From Longimicrobiales bacterium (GTDB lineage: Bacteria; Gemmatimonadota; Gemmatimonadetes; Longimicrobiales; Gaopeijiaceae): a DNA stretch of 64,000 bases. Below, one piece after another: positions 32,366-41,436 of this stretch (position 1 is the stretch's first letter; every line of letters begins with the position of its first letter). The notes beneath the pieces are model-generated. The model saw nothing but the letters and a program-made list of their open reading frames with translations. It was not told where the DNA came from and ran no database searches. The position numbers were made by a program, and so were the translations under genes. The DNA lies in contig OZ220702.1 of assembly GCA_965116645.1 (NCBI GenBank), forward strand, positions 481,929-545,928, given 5' to 3'.

Positions 32366-35300
32366 TTGCGCAGGTAAACGTTGTCGACGAACACGGTATT
32401 GGGGTCGCCCGAGAGGATCAGTTGCGCGAGATGTCCCCGCGCCGTGAGTGCCGTGAAGTCCGATAGCGGGATATCGTAGCTTAGCCACTGGCCGGTCGCG
32501 AGCGCCGGGTCCGAACTTGCGGTCAGCGAGATCTCATGTTCGGTGTCGTCGCCTCCGCCGAACGCGCCATCGGCACCGAAGTCGACCAGCTTGACCTTGA
32601 AGGCGGCGGGGGCGGCAGTGGGGTCGGGGGTCCAGATGTCGATGCGGAAATGGGTCATCCCGGTGGCGTCGACGGTATTCGAGGTGAACTCGATACCCGC
32701 GAAGACGAGGTTCGTGTACTTCCTGGTGGCGTTTCCGGCGATCTGCACATCCTCGACATCGGCCTGGTCCCACGAGGCGGACCAGGTGTCGACCGTCACG
32801 TCGGTGTAGGCGTCGCTGAAGAAGGAGATTACGCTGTCCGCGTGGTGCGACGGGGTGGGCGCCGCCTCGGAAGGCTCGCTCGGAGACACCGCATAGAAGT
32901 AGACATTGTCCAGGAACACCGTGTTCGGGTCGCCGGAGATGATCAGCTGGGCGAGGTGTTCGCGGGCAGCCAGGTTGGTCATGTCGGCGAACGCCAGGTC
33001 GTAGCTGACCCACTGGCCGGTGGCCAGCGCGGGATCGGAGGCGGCGGTAAGCGTGACCTCGTGCTCCGTGTCGTCGCCTCCGGCGAACGCGCCGTCGGCC
33101 CCGAAATCGACCAGCTTGACCTTGAACGCCGCGTTCACCGTCTCGTCGGGCGTCCAGATGTCCATGTGGAAGTGGGTCATCCCGGCGGCGTCGATGGGCG
33201 CGGACGTGAACTCGATGCCCGCGAAGACGAGATTCGTGTACTTCTTCACGGTGTCAGCCTCGATCACCACGTCCTCGACGTCGGCCTGGTCCCACGACGC
33301 GGACCAGGTGTCCACCGCGGCGTCGGTGTACGGGCCGCTGAAGAGCGAGATCACGGCGTCCGCCGCGTGCGTCGGGGTCGGAGCGGGCGCGCTCGGTGCT
33401 GCCGGCGCCGCCCCCTTCCGGAAGTACACGTTGTCGACGTAGAGCGTATTCGGGTCGCCTGAAATGATCAGCTGCGCCAGGTGTTCCGTTTCGGCGAGGC
33501 CCGTGAAGTCCGCGAGCGCCAGGTCCAGTTGCACCCATTGCTCCGACACCAGGCCGTCGGCGGCCGTTATGGTGACTTCGTGCTCGGTGTCGTCGCCGCC
33601 CCCGTCCCAGACGCCGTTTGCGCCGAAGTCCACCAGCTTGACCTTGAACGCCGCGTTCACCGTCTCGTCCGGCGTCCAGATGTCCATGCGGAAGTGCGTC
33701 ATGTCGGCTGCGTTGACGGTCGCCGAGGTGAATTCGATCCCGGCGAACACCAGGCCGGTGTACTTCTTGGTGGCGTTGCCCGCGACCTCCACGTCCTCGA
33801 CGGTCGCCACATCCCAGTCCGCCGACCAGGTGTCCACCGTCACGTCGTCGTATGCGTCGCTGTAGAGCGAAATCACGTCGTCGGCCGCGTCGCCGGGCGC
33901 CGGGGCCGCCTCGGTCGGCACGGGCTCCGGAGGCGGCGCCTCGCCGCGCCGGAAGTAGACGTTGTCCACGTAGACCGTGTTCGGGTCGCCCGAGATGATC
34001 AGCTGCGCCAGGTGTTCCCTCGCCGCGAGCCCGGGGAAGTCCGTGAAGGGCAGGTCCAGCTGCACCCACTCTTCCGTCGAGAGCCCGTCGTCCGTGTTGA
34101 GGACAACCTCGTGCTCACTGTCGTCGCCGCCCCCGAACGTGCCGTCCGCGCCGAAGTCCACGAGCTTCACTCTGAACGCTGCGGCCGCCGTCTCGTCCGG
34201 CGTCCAGATGTCCATCCGGAAGTGGGTCGCGTGCGTCGCGTCCACGGTCTGCGAGGTGAACTCGACGCCTGCAAAGGTCAGGTTCGTGTATCTCTTTGCC
34301 GCGTTCCCCGCGATCTCCACGTCCGCGACGTCGGCCTGATCCCAATCGGCGGACCAGGTGTCCACCGTCACGTCTTCGTAGGCGTCGCTGAAGAGCGAGG
34401 TGACGTCCTCGGCCGCGTGGGTCGGCGCCGGCGGCCCCGAGGTGGGCGCGGCCTGCAGCATGACCGTGACCGCCGCGCCCGCGCTCGCGCTTCCCGATGT
34501 CGCGGTGACCGTCGTCGCCCCGTCCGCGACCGCGGTGACCAGCCCGTTCGCATCCACCGTCGCAACCGCCTCGTCCGCCGAGGCCCAGCTCACCGTCGCC
34601 CCGTCGATCACGTTCCCGTTCGCGTCGGCCACCTCAGCCGCGAGCTGCGCCGTCTCGCCGGCTACGATGAGGTGCACCGAGTCGGGCGCGACCGTGACAG
34701 CCGCGGCTTCCTGCTCGACCGTGACGGTTCCGGTTCCGCTCAGGCTGCCCGACGTCGCGGTGATCGTCGCCGTGCCGTTGGCGACCGCGGTGACGAGCCC
34801 GTCGGCGTCGACCGTGGCCACCGCCTCGTCCCCGGAGGACCAGCTCACCGAGGCGCCGGAGATCGCGTTCCCGTTCGCATCCTGCACCTCGGCCGTGAAC
34901 TGGGCCGTCTCTCCGACGGCAGAGAGAGTCACCGACCCGGGTGTGACCGACACCGCCGTCGCAGCCTGCGCCACGCTGACGGACGCCGTACCGCTCGCTG
35001 TGCCCGAGGTCGCCGTAATCGTCGCCGTGCCGTTGCCCGCCGCGGTGACGAGCCCCGTTGTGTTCACCGACGCGACCGCGTTGTCGCTCGAGCTCCAGGA
35101 TACCGACGCACCGGCCATCACCTCCCCGTTCTGGTCGCGGACCGTGGCGCCGAGCAAGACGGTCTCGCCCAGCGATGAAAGCGAAGCCGTGGCGGGGGCA
35201 ATCGTGACCGTCGTGGCCACGGGCGGCTCGACGGGATCGTCGCCGCAGGCCAGCATTCCGCACACAAGGAGCGCGGCGAGCGCGCCGACCCTGCCCCGTG

Positions 35301-35373
35301 GGTATGAGAGGCGGCGGGGGGAAGATCCGGGCGAGAGCCGGCCCGGGACTGAGCGGTGGCTGAGCGACGTCAT
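32362..35373 (-). CDS. cell-envelope lipoprotein: 3 x Big_2 Ig-like domains + 4 x ~165-aa CBM-like repeats (putative glycan-binding protein)
   Basis: Lipobox GMLAC. Three units of the type VTIAPATASLSSLGETVLLGATVRDQNGEV...VSWSSSDNAVASV...GNGTATITAT. Four units of the type DVISLFSDAYxDVTVDTWSAxWDQADVEDV..KKYTNLVFAGIEFTS..MTHFRMDIWTPDET..FKVKLVDFGADG..EHLAQLIISGDPNTVYVDNVYF. Confidence 0.85.
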   Translation of the reverse strand: MTSLSHRSVPGRLSPGSSPRRLSYPRGRVGALAALLVCGMLACGDDPVEPPVATTVTIAPATASLSSLGETVLLGATVRDQNGEVMAGASVSWSSSDNAVASVNTTGLVTAAGNGTATITATSGTASGTASVSVAQAATAVSVTPGSVTLSAVGETAQFTAEVQDANGNAISGASVSWSSGDEAVATVDADGLVTAVANGTATITATSGSLSGTGTVTVEQEAAAVTVAPDSVHLIVAGETAQLAAEVADANGNVIDGATVSWASADEAVATVDANGLVTAVADGATTVTATSGSASAGAAVTVMLQAAPTSGPPAPTHAAEDVTSLFSDAYEDVTVDTWSADWDQADVADVEIAGNAAKRYTNLTFAGVEFTSQTVDATHATHFRMDIWTPDETAAAAFRVKLVDFGADGTFGGGDDSEHEVVLNTDDGLSTEEWVQLDLPFTDFPGLAAREHLAQLIISGDPNTVYVDNVYFRRGEAPPPEPVPTEAAPAPGDAADDVISLYSDAYDDVTVDTWSADWDVATVEDVEVAGNATKKYTGLVFAGIEFTSATVNAADMTHFRMDIWTPDETVNAAFKVKLVDFGANGVWDGGGDDTEHEVTITAADGLVSEQWVQLDLALADFTGLAETEHLAQLIISGDPNTLYVDNVYFRKGAAPAAPSAPAPTPTHAADAVISLFSGPYTDAAVDTWSASWDQADVEDVVIEADTVKKYTNLVFAGIEFTSAPIDAAGMTHFHMDIWTPDETVNAAFKVKLVDFGADGAFAGGDDTEHEVTLTAASDPALATGQWVSYDLAFADMTNLAAREHLAQLIISGDPNTVFLDNVYFYAVSPSEPSEAAPTPSHHADSVISFFSDAYTDVTVDTWSASWDQADVEDVQIAGNATRKYTNLVFAGIEFTSNTVDATGMTHFRIDIWTPDPTAAPAAFKVKLVDFGADGAFGGGDDTEHEISLTASSDPALATGQWLSYDIPLSDFTALTARGHLAQLILSGDPNTVFVDNVYLRK
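32365..34422 (-). repeat. four tandem ~500-bp coding repeats (CBM-like domain units)
   Basis: The protein-level repeats are clearly visible. Each unit is separated by a Pro/Ala-rich linker. Confidence 0.85.
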
Positions 35374-37421
35374 GGGTTGTCTCCGATTGGATTGCTACTG
35401 TTGAATTGCGCGGGCGACATTTGTGCAGGCCCTGCTGCTGGCCGCCGGAAATAGATGTTGTCGACGTAAACGGTGTTCAGATCCCCCGAGATGATCAGCT
35501 GGGCGAGGTGTTCCCTCCCCGTGAGGTTGGCGAAATCCGCGAGCGGGAGATTCAACGACACCCACGCTCCGGTCGCCAGCCCTCCGGCGGCCGTGATCGT
35601 GACCTCGTGTTCGCTGTCGTCCCCCCCGCCGAACCCTCCATCCGCACCGAAGTCCACCAGCTTCACCTTGAAGCCCGCGGCCGCAGTCTCGTCCGGAGTC
35701 CAGATGTCCATCCGGAAGTGCGTCATGCCTCTGACGTTCAGGGTCTGCGAAGTGAACTCGATTCCCGCAAACGACAGGTTCGTGTACTTCTTCGCTCCGT
35801 TCCCCCCGATTGCCACGTCCTCCACGTCGGCCTGGTCCCACTCCGCCGACCAGGTGTCGACCGTCGCGTCGTCATAAGCGTCGCTGAAGAGCGAGATCAC
35901 GTTCGCCGCCGGGTCCTGCGGGGTAGGCGCGGGGTCCGGTGGACCGGTCGGATCGACGGGGGTCTCGCCCCGAAAGAAGTAGATGTTGTCCAGGTAGACG
36001 GTCCGGCTCGACCCCGAGATGATCAGCTGGGCGAGATGGCCGCGGCCCGCCAGCCCGCTGAAGGCCGAGAGCGGAATGTCCAGGACGTTCCACGTTCCGG
36101 GCGCGATCGGCGTCGGCGACACCGGAGTGAATGTGACTTCGTGTTCGCTGTCGTCCCCCCCGCCGAAGACGCCATTCGCGCCGAAGTCCACAAGCTTGAT
36201 GCGGAAGGTCGTCGCGTCGTTGGTCCAGAGGTCGACGTGGAGGTGCGTCATGGAAGTGGCGTCGATCAGCGACGAGGTGAACTCGACGCCCGCAAAGGAC
36301 AGATTGGTGTACTTCTTGACCGGATTCCCGGCGACCACCACGTCGTCCACGTCGGCCTGGTCCCACTCGGCCGACCAGGTGTCGACGTTCACGTCCTCGT
36401 AGGCGTTGCTGAAGAGGGAGATGACATCTTCGGCTGGCACCATCGGCACCGGGGGCGCGTCTTCGGGCGGCGTCTCGACGTTGACGGTGAGCGCTCCCGC
36501 GGCGGGGGTCGGTCCCAGCGTCGCCGTTATCGTGGCGGTGCCGGGGCGGACCAGCGTGATGGTGCCATCGGCTTCCACCGACGCGACGCCCGGGTCCGAA
36601 GAGGTGAAGGTGAAGTACGCGGATGCGGCGCCCACGGTCACGTCGGCCCCGTTGACGTCGAAGGTCACGCGCGTGCCGCCGACCGCCAGGGTGCCGCCCA
36701 CCTCGCTGCTGACCGTCCGTGTGTCGATCACCGGCTGCGGATTGATGATCGTGCCGAGGCGCTCGAACTGCACGTCGTCGAAGTAGAGCTCGTAGCCGAC
36801 CGGATACTCGGAAGCGTCCGCGACGAGGAAGAGGCCCGGCTCTTCGGTCAGCAGGGAGGGCAGCGGCAGGGGGACCGCGTACTTCGTCCAGCGAGTCGAG
36901 AGCGACAGGTTGTCGAGCGTGGCCGGGAAGCGGGAGGTGCCGGTGTTGTCGTCCCCGAAACCAACCCGGTCCAGCGTCGCGGCCGTGCTCGCGCGGGCCC
37001 AGAAGGTCAGGGCGTCAAACCCCGAGAGGTCGCGCGGCACGGTCGAGAAGAAGGCGCCTCCGGCGTAGCCGCCCGTCGGGTCGTTTGGTGCCGGAACGGT
37101 GAACTTCAACGCCGCGGTCCCGCGGTACACCAGGTCGCGCTCGATATCGAGGGCGTCGACCTTGGATCCCCCGAAGGCCCCGTAGTGGAGCCCCGGCGCG
37201 AAGTCGTCGTAGAAGACTCCCGGGTCGGGCGGGAAGGCCGCCGGGTCGAGTTCGGTCAGATCGCGTTCGCAGGCGGTGGCGAAGGCGAGCGGGAGGAGGG
37301 CGACGCTCCAGGCTCGGGAGCCGGGTCCCGATGGCCGGATCGGGCGTTCCCGCAGCCGGAATGGACCGCGCCGCGACCGGGGTCCGCTACCCGATGGCCG
37401 GCGCGCGGTGCTCGCAGTCAT
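35370..37421 (-). CDS. cell-envelope lipoprotein: N-terminal beta-sandwich-like domain + Big_2 + 2 x CBM-like repeats
   Basis: Lipobox AFATAC and SD AGAGG before the ATG. Big_2-like FTFTSSDPGVASVEADGTITLVRPGTATITAT. Two copies of the same repeat as in the downstream gene (EDVISLFSNAYEDVNVDTWSAEWDQADV... and ANVISLFSDAYDDATVDTWSAEWDQADV...). Confidence 0.85.
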   Translation of the reverse strand: MTASTARRPSGSGPRSRRGPFRLRERPIRPSGPGSRAWSVALLPLAFATACERDLTELDPAAFPPDPGVFYDDFAPGLHYGAFGGSKVDALDIERDLVYRGTAALKFTVPAPNDPTGGYAGGAFFSTVPRDLSGFDALTFWARASTAATLDRVGFGDDNTGTSRFPATLDNLSLSTRWTKYAVPLPLPSLLTEEPGLFLVADASEYPVGYELYFDDVQFERLGTIINPQPVIDTRTVSSEVGGTLAVGGTRVTFDVNGADVTVGAASAYFTFTSSDPGVASVEADGTITLVRPGTATITATLGPTPAAGALTVNVETPPEDAPPVPMVPAEDVISLFSNAYEDVNVDTWSAEWDQADVDDVVVAGNPVKKYTNLSFAGVEFTSSLIDATSMTHLHVDLWTNDATTFRIKLVDFGANGVFGGGDDSEHEVTFTPVSPTPIAPGTWNVLDIPLSAFSGLAGRGHLAQLIISGSSRTVYLDNIYFFRGETPVDPTGPPDPAPTPQDPAANVISLFSDAYDDATVDTWSAEWDQADVEDVAIGGNGAKKYTNLSFAGIEFTSQTLNVRGMTHFRMDIWTPDETAAAGFKVKLVDFGADGGFGGGDDSEHEVTITAAGGLATGAWVSLNLPLADFANLTGREHLAQLIISGDLNTVYVDNIYFRRPAAGPAQMSPAQFNSSNPIGDNP

Positions 37422-37484
37422 CCTCTACCTTCCCGCGTTGAATCCTGGGCGCGAACGTGCGGTTGTCGCGGCACGCCGAATCCG

Positions 37485-37543
37485 CCCCGTCAGACTTTGT
37501 TCGGTCGCCGAACAAAGTGCGGAGACAGGTCGCGCGGTGTCAA
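37485..37543 (-). promoter_or_regulatory. promoter-operator module 2: TTGACA-N18-CA + palindrome CTTTGTTCGG-CGA-CCGAACAAAG
   Basis: Read on the minus strand: TTGACA (37543-37538), an 18-nt spacer, CA, the palindrome (37517-37495), then TCTGACGGGG. This has the same architecture and nearly the same sequence as 11005-11063. It lies ~75 nt upstream of ATG 37421. Confidence 0.7.
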
Positions 37544-37681
37544 GGAGGGGGACGGCGGGATGCCGGCCACCCTGCGCGCCGTGGCGTGGACCGGCTCCAG
37601 TGGGGCAGCCCGGATAGCGCCGATCCGGGCATGGCGGTACTGTTGGAACCCCGCCCGGATCTCCCCACAACGCTGAGCGTC

Positions 37682-37918
37682 ATGAGCAAACCTGATTCAG
37701 CCCGGTTGCGCCACCCCGTCGGAGTCTCGGTAGGCGAGGGAGCCAACTATGTCGTCTGCAACGACGGTGCAGTATTCCAGCTGCGGCTCCGGGGGTGGTG
37801 GAAAGAGGTGGCGCCGATCCCGGGCTCGCAGCGGGCTCTTGAGGTTCAGCACCGGCCTCCGAAACTGCTCGATCCGCAGGAGGGAAGCACGTTGCCGCGG
37901 GCTGCGTCGGACCCGTAG
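37682..37918 (+). CDS. hypothetical small protein
   Basis: 78-aa ATG ORF divergent from the glycan operon, with moderate G/C third-position bias. I recognised no motif. Confidence 0.2.
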   Translation: MSKPDSARLRHPVGVSVGEGANYVVCNDGAVFQLRLRGWWKEVAPIPGSQRALEVQHRPPKLLDPQEGSTLPRAASDP

Positions 37919-37964
37919 CATCGCGCGTCGCCGCCCCTGGCCGTCACGCTGAGCCACGGCTGCA

Positions 37965-39509
37965 TCACGGCTCGCCGGCCAGACTCGTCGCCCACTCCGG
38001 CACCACCGAAGGATCGATGTCGAAGACCGTCAGCCCCACGGTGAACACGATGGTCGCGATCACCAGCACGCCTATGAGGTTCAGCAGGATCCCCGTGCGG
38101 GCCATCTCGCCCACGGTGATGCGGTCGCTGCCGAAGACGATCGCGTTGGGCGGCGTGGCGACCGGCATCATGAAGGCGCAGGAGGCGGACAGCGTCGCCG
38201 GGATCATCAGCACGAGGGGATGGGTGCCCGTCACGACCGCCACCGACGCAAGGATCGGCAGGATCATCTCGGTGGTGGCGGTGTTGCTCGTGAACTCGGT
38301 GAGGAAGGTGAGCGCCACGCAGACGATCAGGATCAGCAGGAAGACCGGCAGGTTGCCGAGGACCTCGAACTGGTTGCCGATGAGCTGGGCGAGCCCGGTG
38401 TCCTGAAAGCCGGCCGCCAGCGCGAAGCCGCCGCCGAAGAGCAGCACGATGTTCCACGGCAGGCGGGGGATGACGTCCGGTCCCATGACGCGGGTTGCGC
38501 CGCTCTCGCGGTTCCGCGCCGGGATGAAGAAGAGGATGGACGCGAGGGTGATGGCGATCGTGCCGTCGTCGATCATCCCCGGATCGGGGAGGATGCGGGA
38601 CCAGCCCGGGATGGTGAGGAAGCCGAGCTCCAGGTCGACCCGGAAGACCCACAGCAGCGCGGTCGTGACGAAGACCCCCATCACCGCGCGCTCCTCGAAG
38701 GCGATCCTGCCGAGACGGCCGCGCTCGACCTTCACGACCTCCTGGTCGACGTTGACGCTGTCGGGCACCCGGTGGAAGACCTTCGTGATCATCAGCCAGG
38801 CCGCGACCAGCATGATCAACCCCACCGGAAAGGCCATCACGATCCAGTGCCCGAAGGCGATCGGCGGCGCCTCGGGGAAGAGGATCTGGAAGATCCGCAC
38901 GAAGGAGAGGTTGGGCGGCGTGCCCACAAGGGTGGTGAGCCCGCCCACGGTGGCGCCGTACGCGATCCCGAGCATGAGTCCCACCGAGAGGTGGCGCGCC
39001 TCGTCGCGGCCGAACTCGCCCTCGATCTGCAGGATGATCGCGAGCCCGATCGGGACCATCATCACCGCGGTGGCCGTGTTCGAGATCCACATCGAGAGGA
39101 AGGCGGCCGCGATCATGAACCCCAGCACGATGCGCGCGGGCCCGCCCCCCACCGCGTGGATGATGTTGAGCGCGATGCGCCGGTGAAGGTTCCACTTCTC
39201 CATCGTGAGCGCGATCATGAACCCGCCGAGGAAGAGCACGATGGTGCTGTTGAAGTAGATCGGCGCGGTATCGTGCCCGGACATTATGCCCAGGAGCGGG
39301 TAGAGGACGAGGGGGAGCAGCGCCGTGGCGAAGAGGGGGATCGCGTCGGTGACCCACCAGATCGCCATCAGCAGCGCGACCGCGGCCAGGCGGCTGGCGG
39401 GCACGTTCTCCGGGTCGACCGGGAAGATGAGCAGCAGGACGAAAGCGGACAGGCCGAGCCACAGACCGATGGCCCGTCCCTTTGGAGAAGTGTGTTTTTC
39501 GACGGCCAT
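37965..39509 (-). CDS. DASS/SLC13-family divalent anion:Na+ symporter
   Basis: AVALLMAIWWVTDAIPLFATALLPLVLYPLLGI and the repeated SNTATT-type hairpin motifs (WISNTATAVMMVPI, FTSNTATTEMILPI) are typical of DASS transporters. Confidence 0.85.
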   Translation of the reverse strand: MAVEKHTSPKGRAIGLWLGLSAFVLLLIFPVDPENVPASRLAAVALLMAIWWVTDAIPLFATALLPLVLYPLLGIMSGHDTAPIYFNSTIVLFLGGFMIALTMEKWNLHRRIALNIIHAVGGGPARIVLGFMIAAAFLSMWISNTATAVMMVPIGLAIILQIEGEFGRDEARHLSVGLMLGIAYGATVGGLTTLVGTPPNLSFVRIFQILFPEAPPIAFGHWIVMAFPVGLIMLVAAWLMITKVFHRVPDSVNVDQEVVKVERGRLGRIAFEERAVMGVFVTTALLWVFRVDLELGFLTIPGWSRILPDPGMIDDGTIAITLASILFFIPARNRESGATRVMGPDVIPRLPWNIVLLFGGGFALAAGFQDTGLAQLIGNQFEVLGNLPVFLLILIVCVALTFLTEFTSNTATTEMILPILASVAVVTGTHPLVLMIPATLSASCAFMMPVATPPNAIVFGSDRITVGEMARTGILLNLIGVLVIATIVFTVGLTVFDIDPSVVPEWATSLAGEP

Positions 39510-39512
39510 GGA

Positions 39513-40238
39513 CTAGTTGTCTTCGCCTGGATTGGGCTCTTCCTCGATCCACGCGGAAATGATGCCCGCGAGCGAACCGATCAGGCCCAGTGAGAGGATT
39601 ACGAGCCACAGCGACATGAACCGCCCCGCTGTGGTAACCGTGTAGTGCTCACCGAACCCCGCCATCTCCGCCCCGAATAGCGTCGACACCGCCCACCAAA
39701 GGGCGTCTTCGGCGGTCAGTATGTTGGCGTCCGGCGCCCCGCTTTCGACCCCCAGCACAACGAAGCTGGTCGTGAGCACGGAGATGACGATTAGCGCGAA
39801 TACGGTGGCGGCCACGGAGCGCGACCGGTCCACGTTGAAATAGGTGGCCATCCCGTGCATTCCGCGGGTGGTCGAGCGGATCACCCGCACCATCATGAGC
39901 AGCCGAAGGGCGCGAAGCGGCCGGAGAACGCCCACGGCGGGGATGGCTGCCGCCAGATCGGCCCAGCCCCAGCGCAGCCATCCGGAAACCGAGGGCGCCC
40001 GGTAGATATCCCAGGCCGCCTTCACCCAGAAGAGCCCGCAGACCACCAGATCCACCAGCTCGGCGAGGTGGGCGGCCTCGGGCGTCAGGGAACCCGTCTC
40101 GCGCAGCCCGAAGAGGATGACCGTGCCGACGGCGAGTAGGGCATACAGGCCCTCGACGATGATCTGGGGGCCGGACGGCGCGCCTCGCTCGGCGGGAGTG
40201 CTCATCGGTGGGGCAAGGTGCTGTCCCCACTCCGACAC
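39513..40238 (-). CDS. voltage-gated-like ion transport protein (6-TM architecture) with an atypical pore sequence
   Basis: S4-like LRPLRALRLLMMVRVIR. Pore region WWAVSTLFGAEMAGFGEHY, followed by an S6-like helix. No TVGYG or NaChBac-type filter. Confidence 0.55.
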   Translation of the reverse strand: MSEWGQHLAPPMSTPAERGAPSGPQIIVEGLYALLAVGTVILFGLRETGSLTPEAAHLAELVDLVVCGLFWVKAAWDIYRAPSVSGWLRWGWADLAAAIPAVGVLRPLRALRLLMMVRVIRSTTRGMHGMATYFNVDRSRSVAATVFALIVISVLTTSFVVLGVESGAPDANILTAEDALWWAVSTLFGAEMAGFGEHYTVTTAGRFMSLWLVILSLGLIGSLAGIISAWIEEEPNPGEDN

Positions 40239-41398
40239 TGCTCAAGGAATCTGGCGACCGAAATGATGGGCTTTCCGTAGGCCCGCGCCTTCTTCGCCTT
40301 GCCGGATGCGCTGGAGACATCGGCAGCCACGAGCATGTCACATTCCTTCTTAGTGACGTTGCTGACGGGTTCACAATCGTTCGCTCGTGCAATCTGCCAG
40401 AGGTCGGCACGCTTCCACATGCGACCCTCTGCTACGGCCTCACCAGTAAAGCAGATACGCATCCCGGGAGCCAGATCGGCCCGCCTTACCGGCGTTGGCT
40501 CGGGTATCCTGGCATCGACCTGGAGTTGGTCGGCGATTCTCCTGAGGATGTTGTGCTCAGCCCTGCTGACGAAGCCGTCCCTTTCGGCTGCGCCAACCAT
40601 GCATTCCAGGTACGCGTGGTGGGCCTCCCGCTGCCGTTTTGGCGAGAGCCCCCATTCCCTCGCGAGATCGTTCATCGCTGTCCATTCGGTTCGATCGATG
40701 ACTCCGTCGTCGAGGACCCAGTCCAGGGCGTCGAGGTACTGGGCCATCGCCTCGTCTCCGTGGGGATAGGTCGATCTGCAAACCACCCGATGCATGGGAC
40801 TCGTTCCGGCATCCGCCAGCCCTCGGCGATGGGTGCGCGCATTTGCTGTCGGGTCCAGGGCATCGACCTGGACGGGCCGCGTGTCTCGTCTCAGCTCCGC
40901 TATTCGCAGTCTTCGCGCCAGTTCGGCTGTGGCTCGGGCGTCGGCCAGTGCCCGATGAGCATTGGTCAGGCGGATTCCCTCGCGTTCACAGGCCACTCCC
41001 AACTTCGCGCCTGTTGCACTGAGAGTGCACCAGCCGTGGCCGAAATCGATGGGCACTCCATACCGCTCGAACTCGTAACGCAGCATCCGGGTATCGAACG
41101 GAAGGTTGTGCGCGACCAATACGGTTCCCCGCAGGCGTTGGGCTACCGGTGGGAGAAGTTCTTCGAACACCGGAGCAAGTTCCACCATTCCAGCGGTGAC
41201 TCCGTGAACACCGGTGGGGCCGACATCCCTTTCCGGGTTGACCAGCGTGTCGAATTCGTCCTGTGTTTCCCAGGTCTCGGGGTCGAGGGTGATGATCGCG
41301 ATCTCGACCACCCGGTCTGACGCACCGAAGCCGGTCGTCTCGACATCGACGACGACCGGCTTCGGGCTTTTCGCAAGGATGTTGTGCAGTTCCGGCAT
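40202..41398 (-). CDS. DEDDh 3'-5' exonuclease (DnaQ-like) - TerB-like linker - BRCT domain protein
   Basis: Exo I VVVDVETTGF, Exo II LVAHNLPFDTRML, Exo III HRALADARATAEL. C-terminal ICFTGE...ADLWQIARANDCEPVSNVTKKECDMLVAAD...GKAKKARAYGKPIISVARFLE is BRCT-like. Start at ATG 41398. The 5' extension in the ORF track is Arg/Gly junk. Confidence 0.75.
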   Translation of the reverse strand: MPELHNILAKSPKPVVVDVETTGFGASDRVVEIAIITLDPETWETQDEFDTLVNPERDVGPTGVHGVTAGMVELAPVFEELLPPVAQRLRGTVLVAHNLPFDTRMLRYEFERYGVPIDFGHGWCTLSATGAKLGVACEREGIRLTNAHRALADARATAELARRLRIAELRRDTRPVQVDALDPTANARTHRRGLADAGTSPMHRVVCRSTYPHGDEAMAQYLDALDWVLDDGVIDRTEWTAMNDLAREWGLSPKRQREAHHAYLECMVGAAERDGFVSRAEHNILRRIADQLQVDARIPEPTPVRRADLAPGMRICFTGEAVAEGRMWKRADLWQIARANDCEPVSNVTKKECDMLVAADVSSASGKAKKARAYGKPIISVARFLEQCRSGDSTLPHR

Positions 41399-41436
41399 TC
41401 TCCGTTCTTCAGGGGCCGCGCCTGGTGGGTGGGCGG

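Noticed and set aside
32365-34422. Possible CRISPR-like or non-coding tandem array (also 51137..51388).
   Set aside because: Both repeat sets are in frame within well-supported coding sequences (domain repeats of ~500 bp, and 33-bp units encoding 11-mers). They lack the unique spacers of CRISPR arrays, and no cas genes are present.
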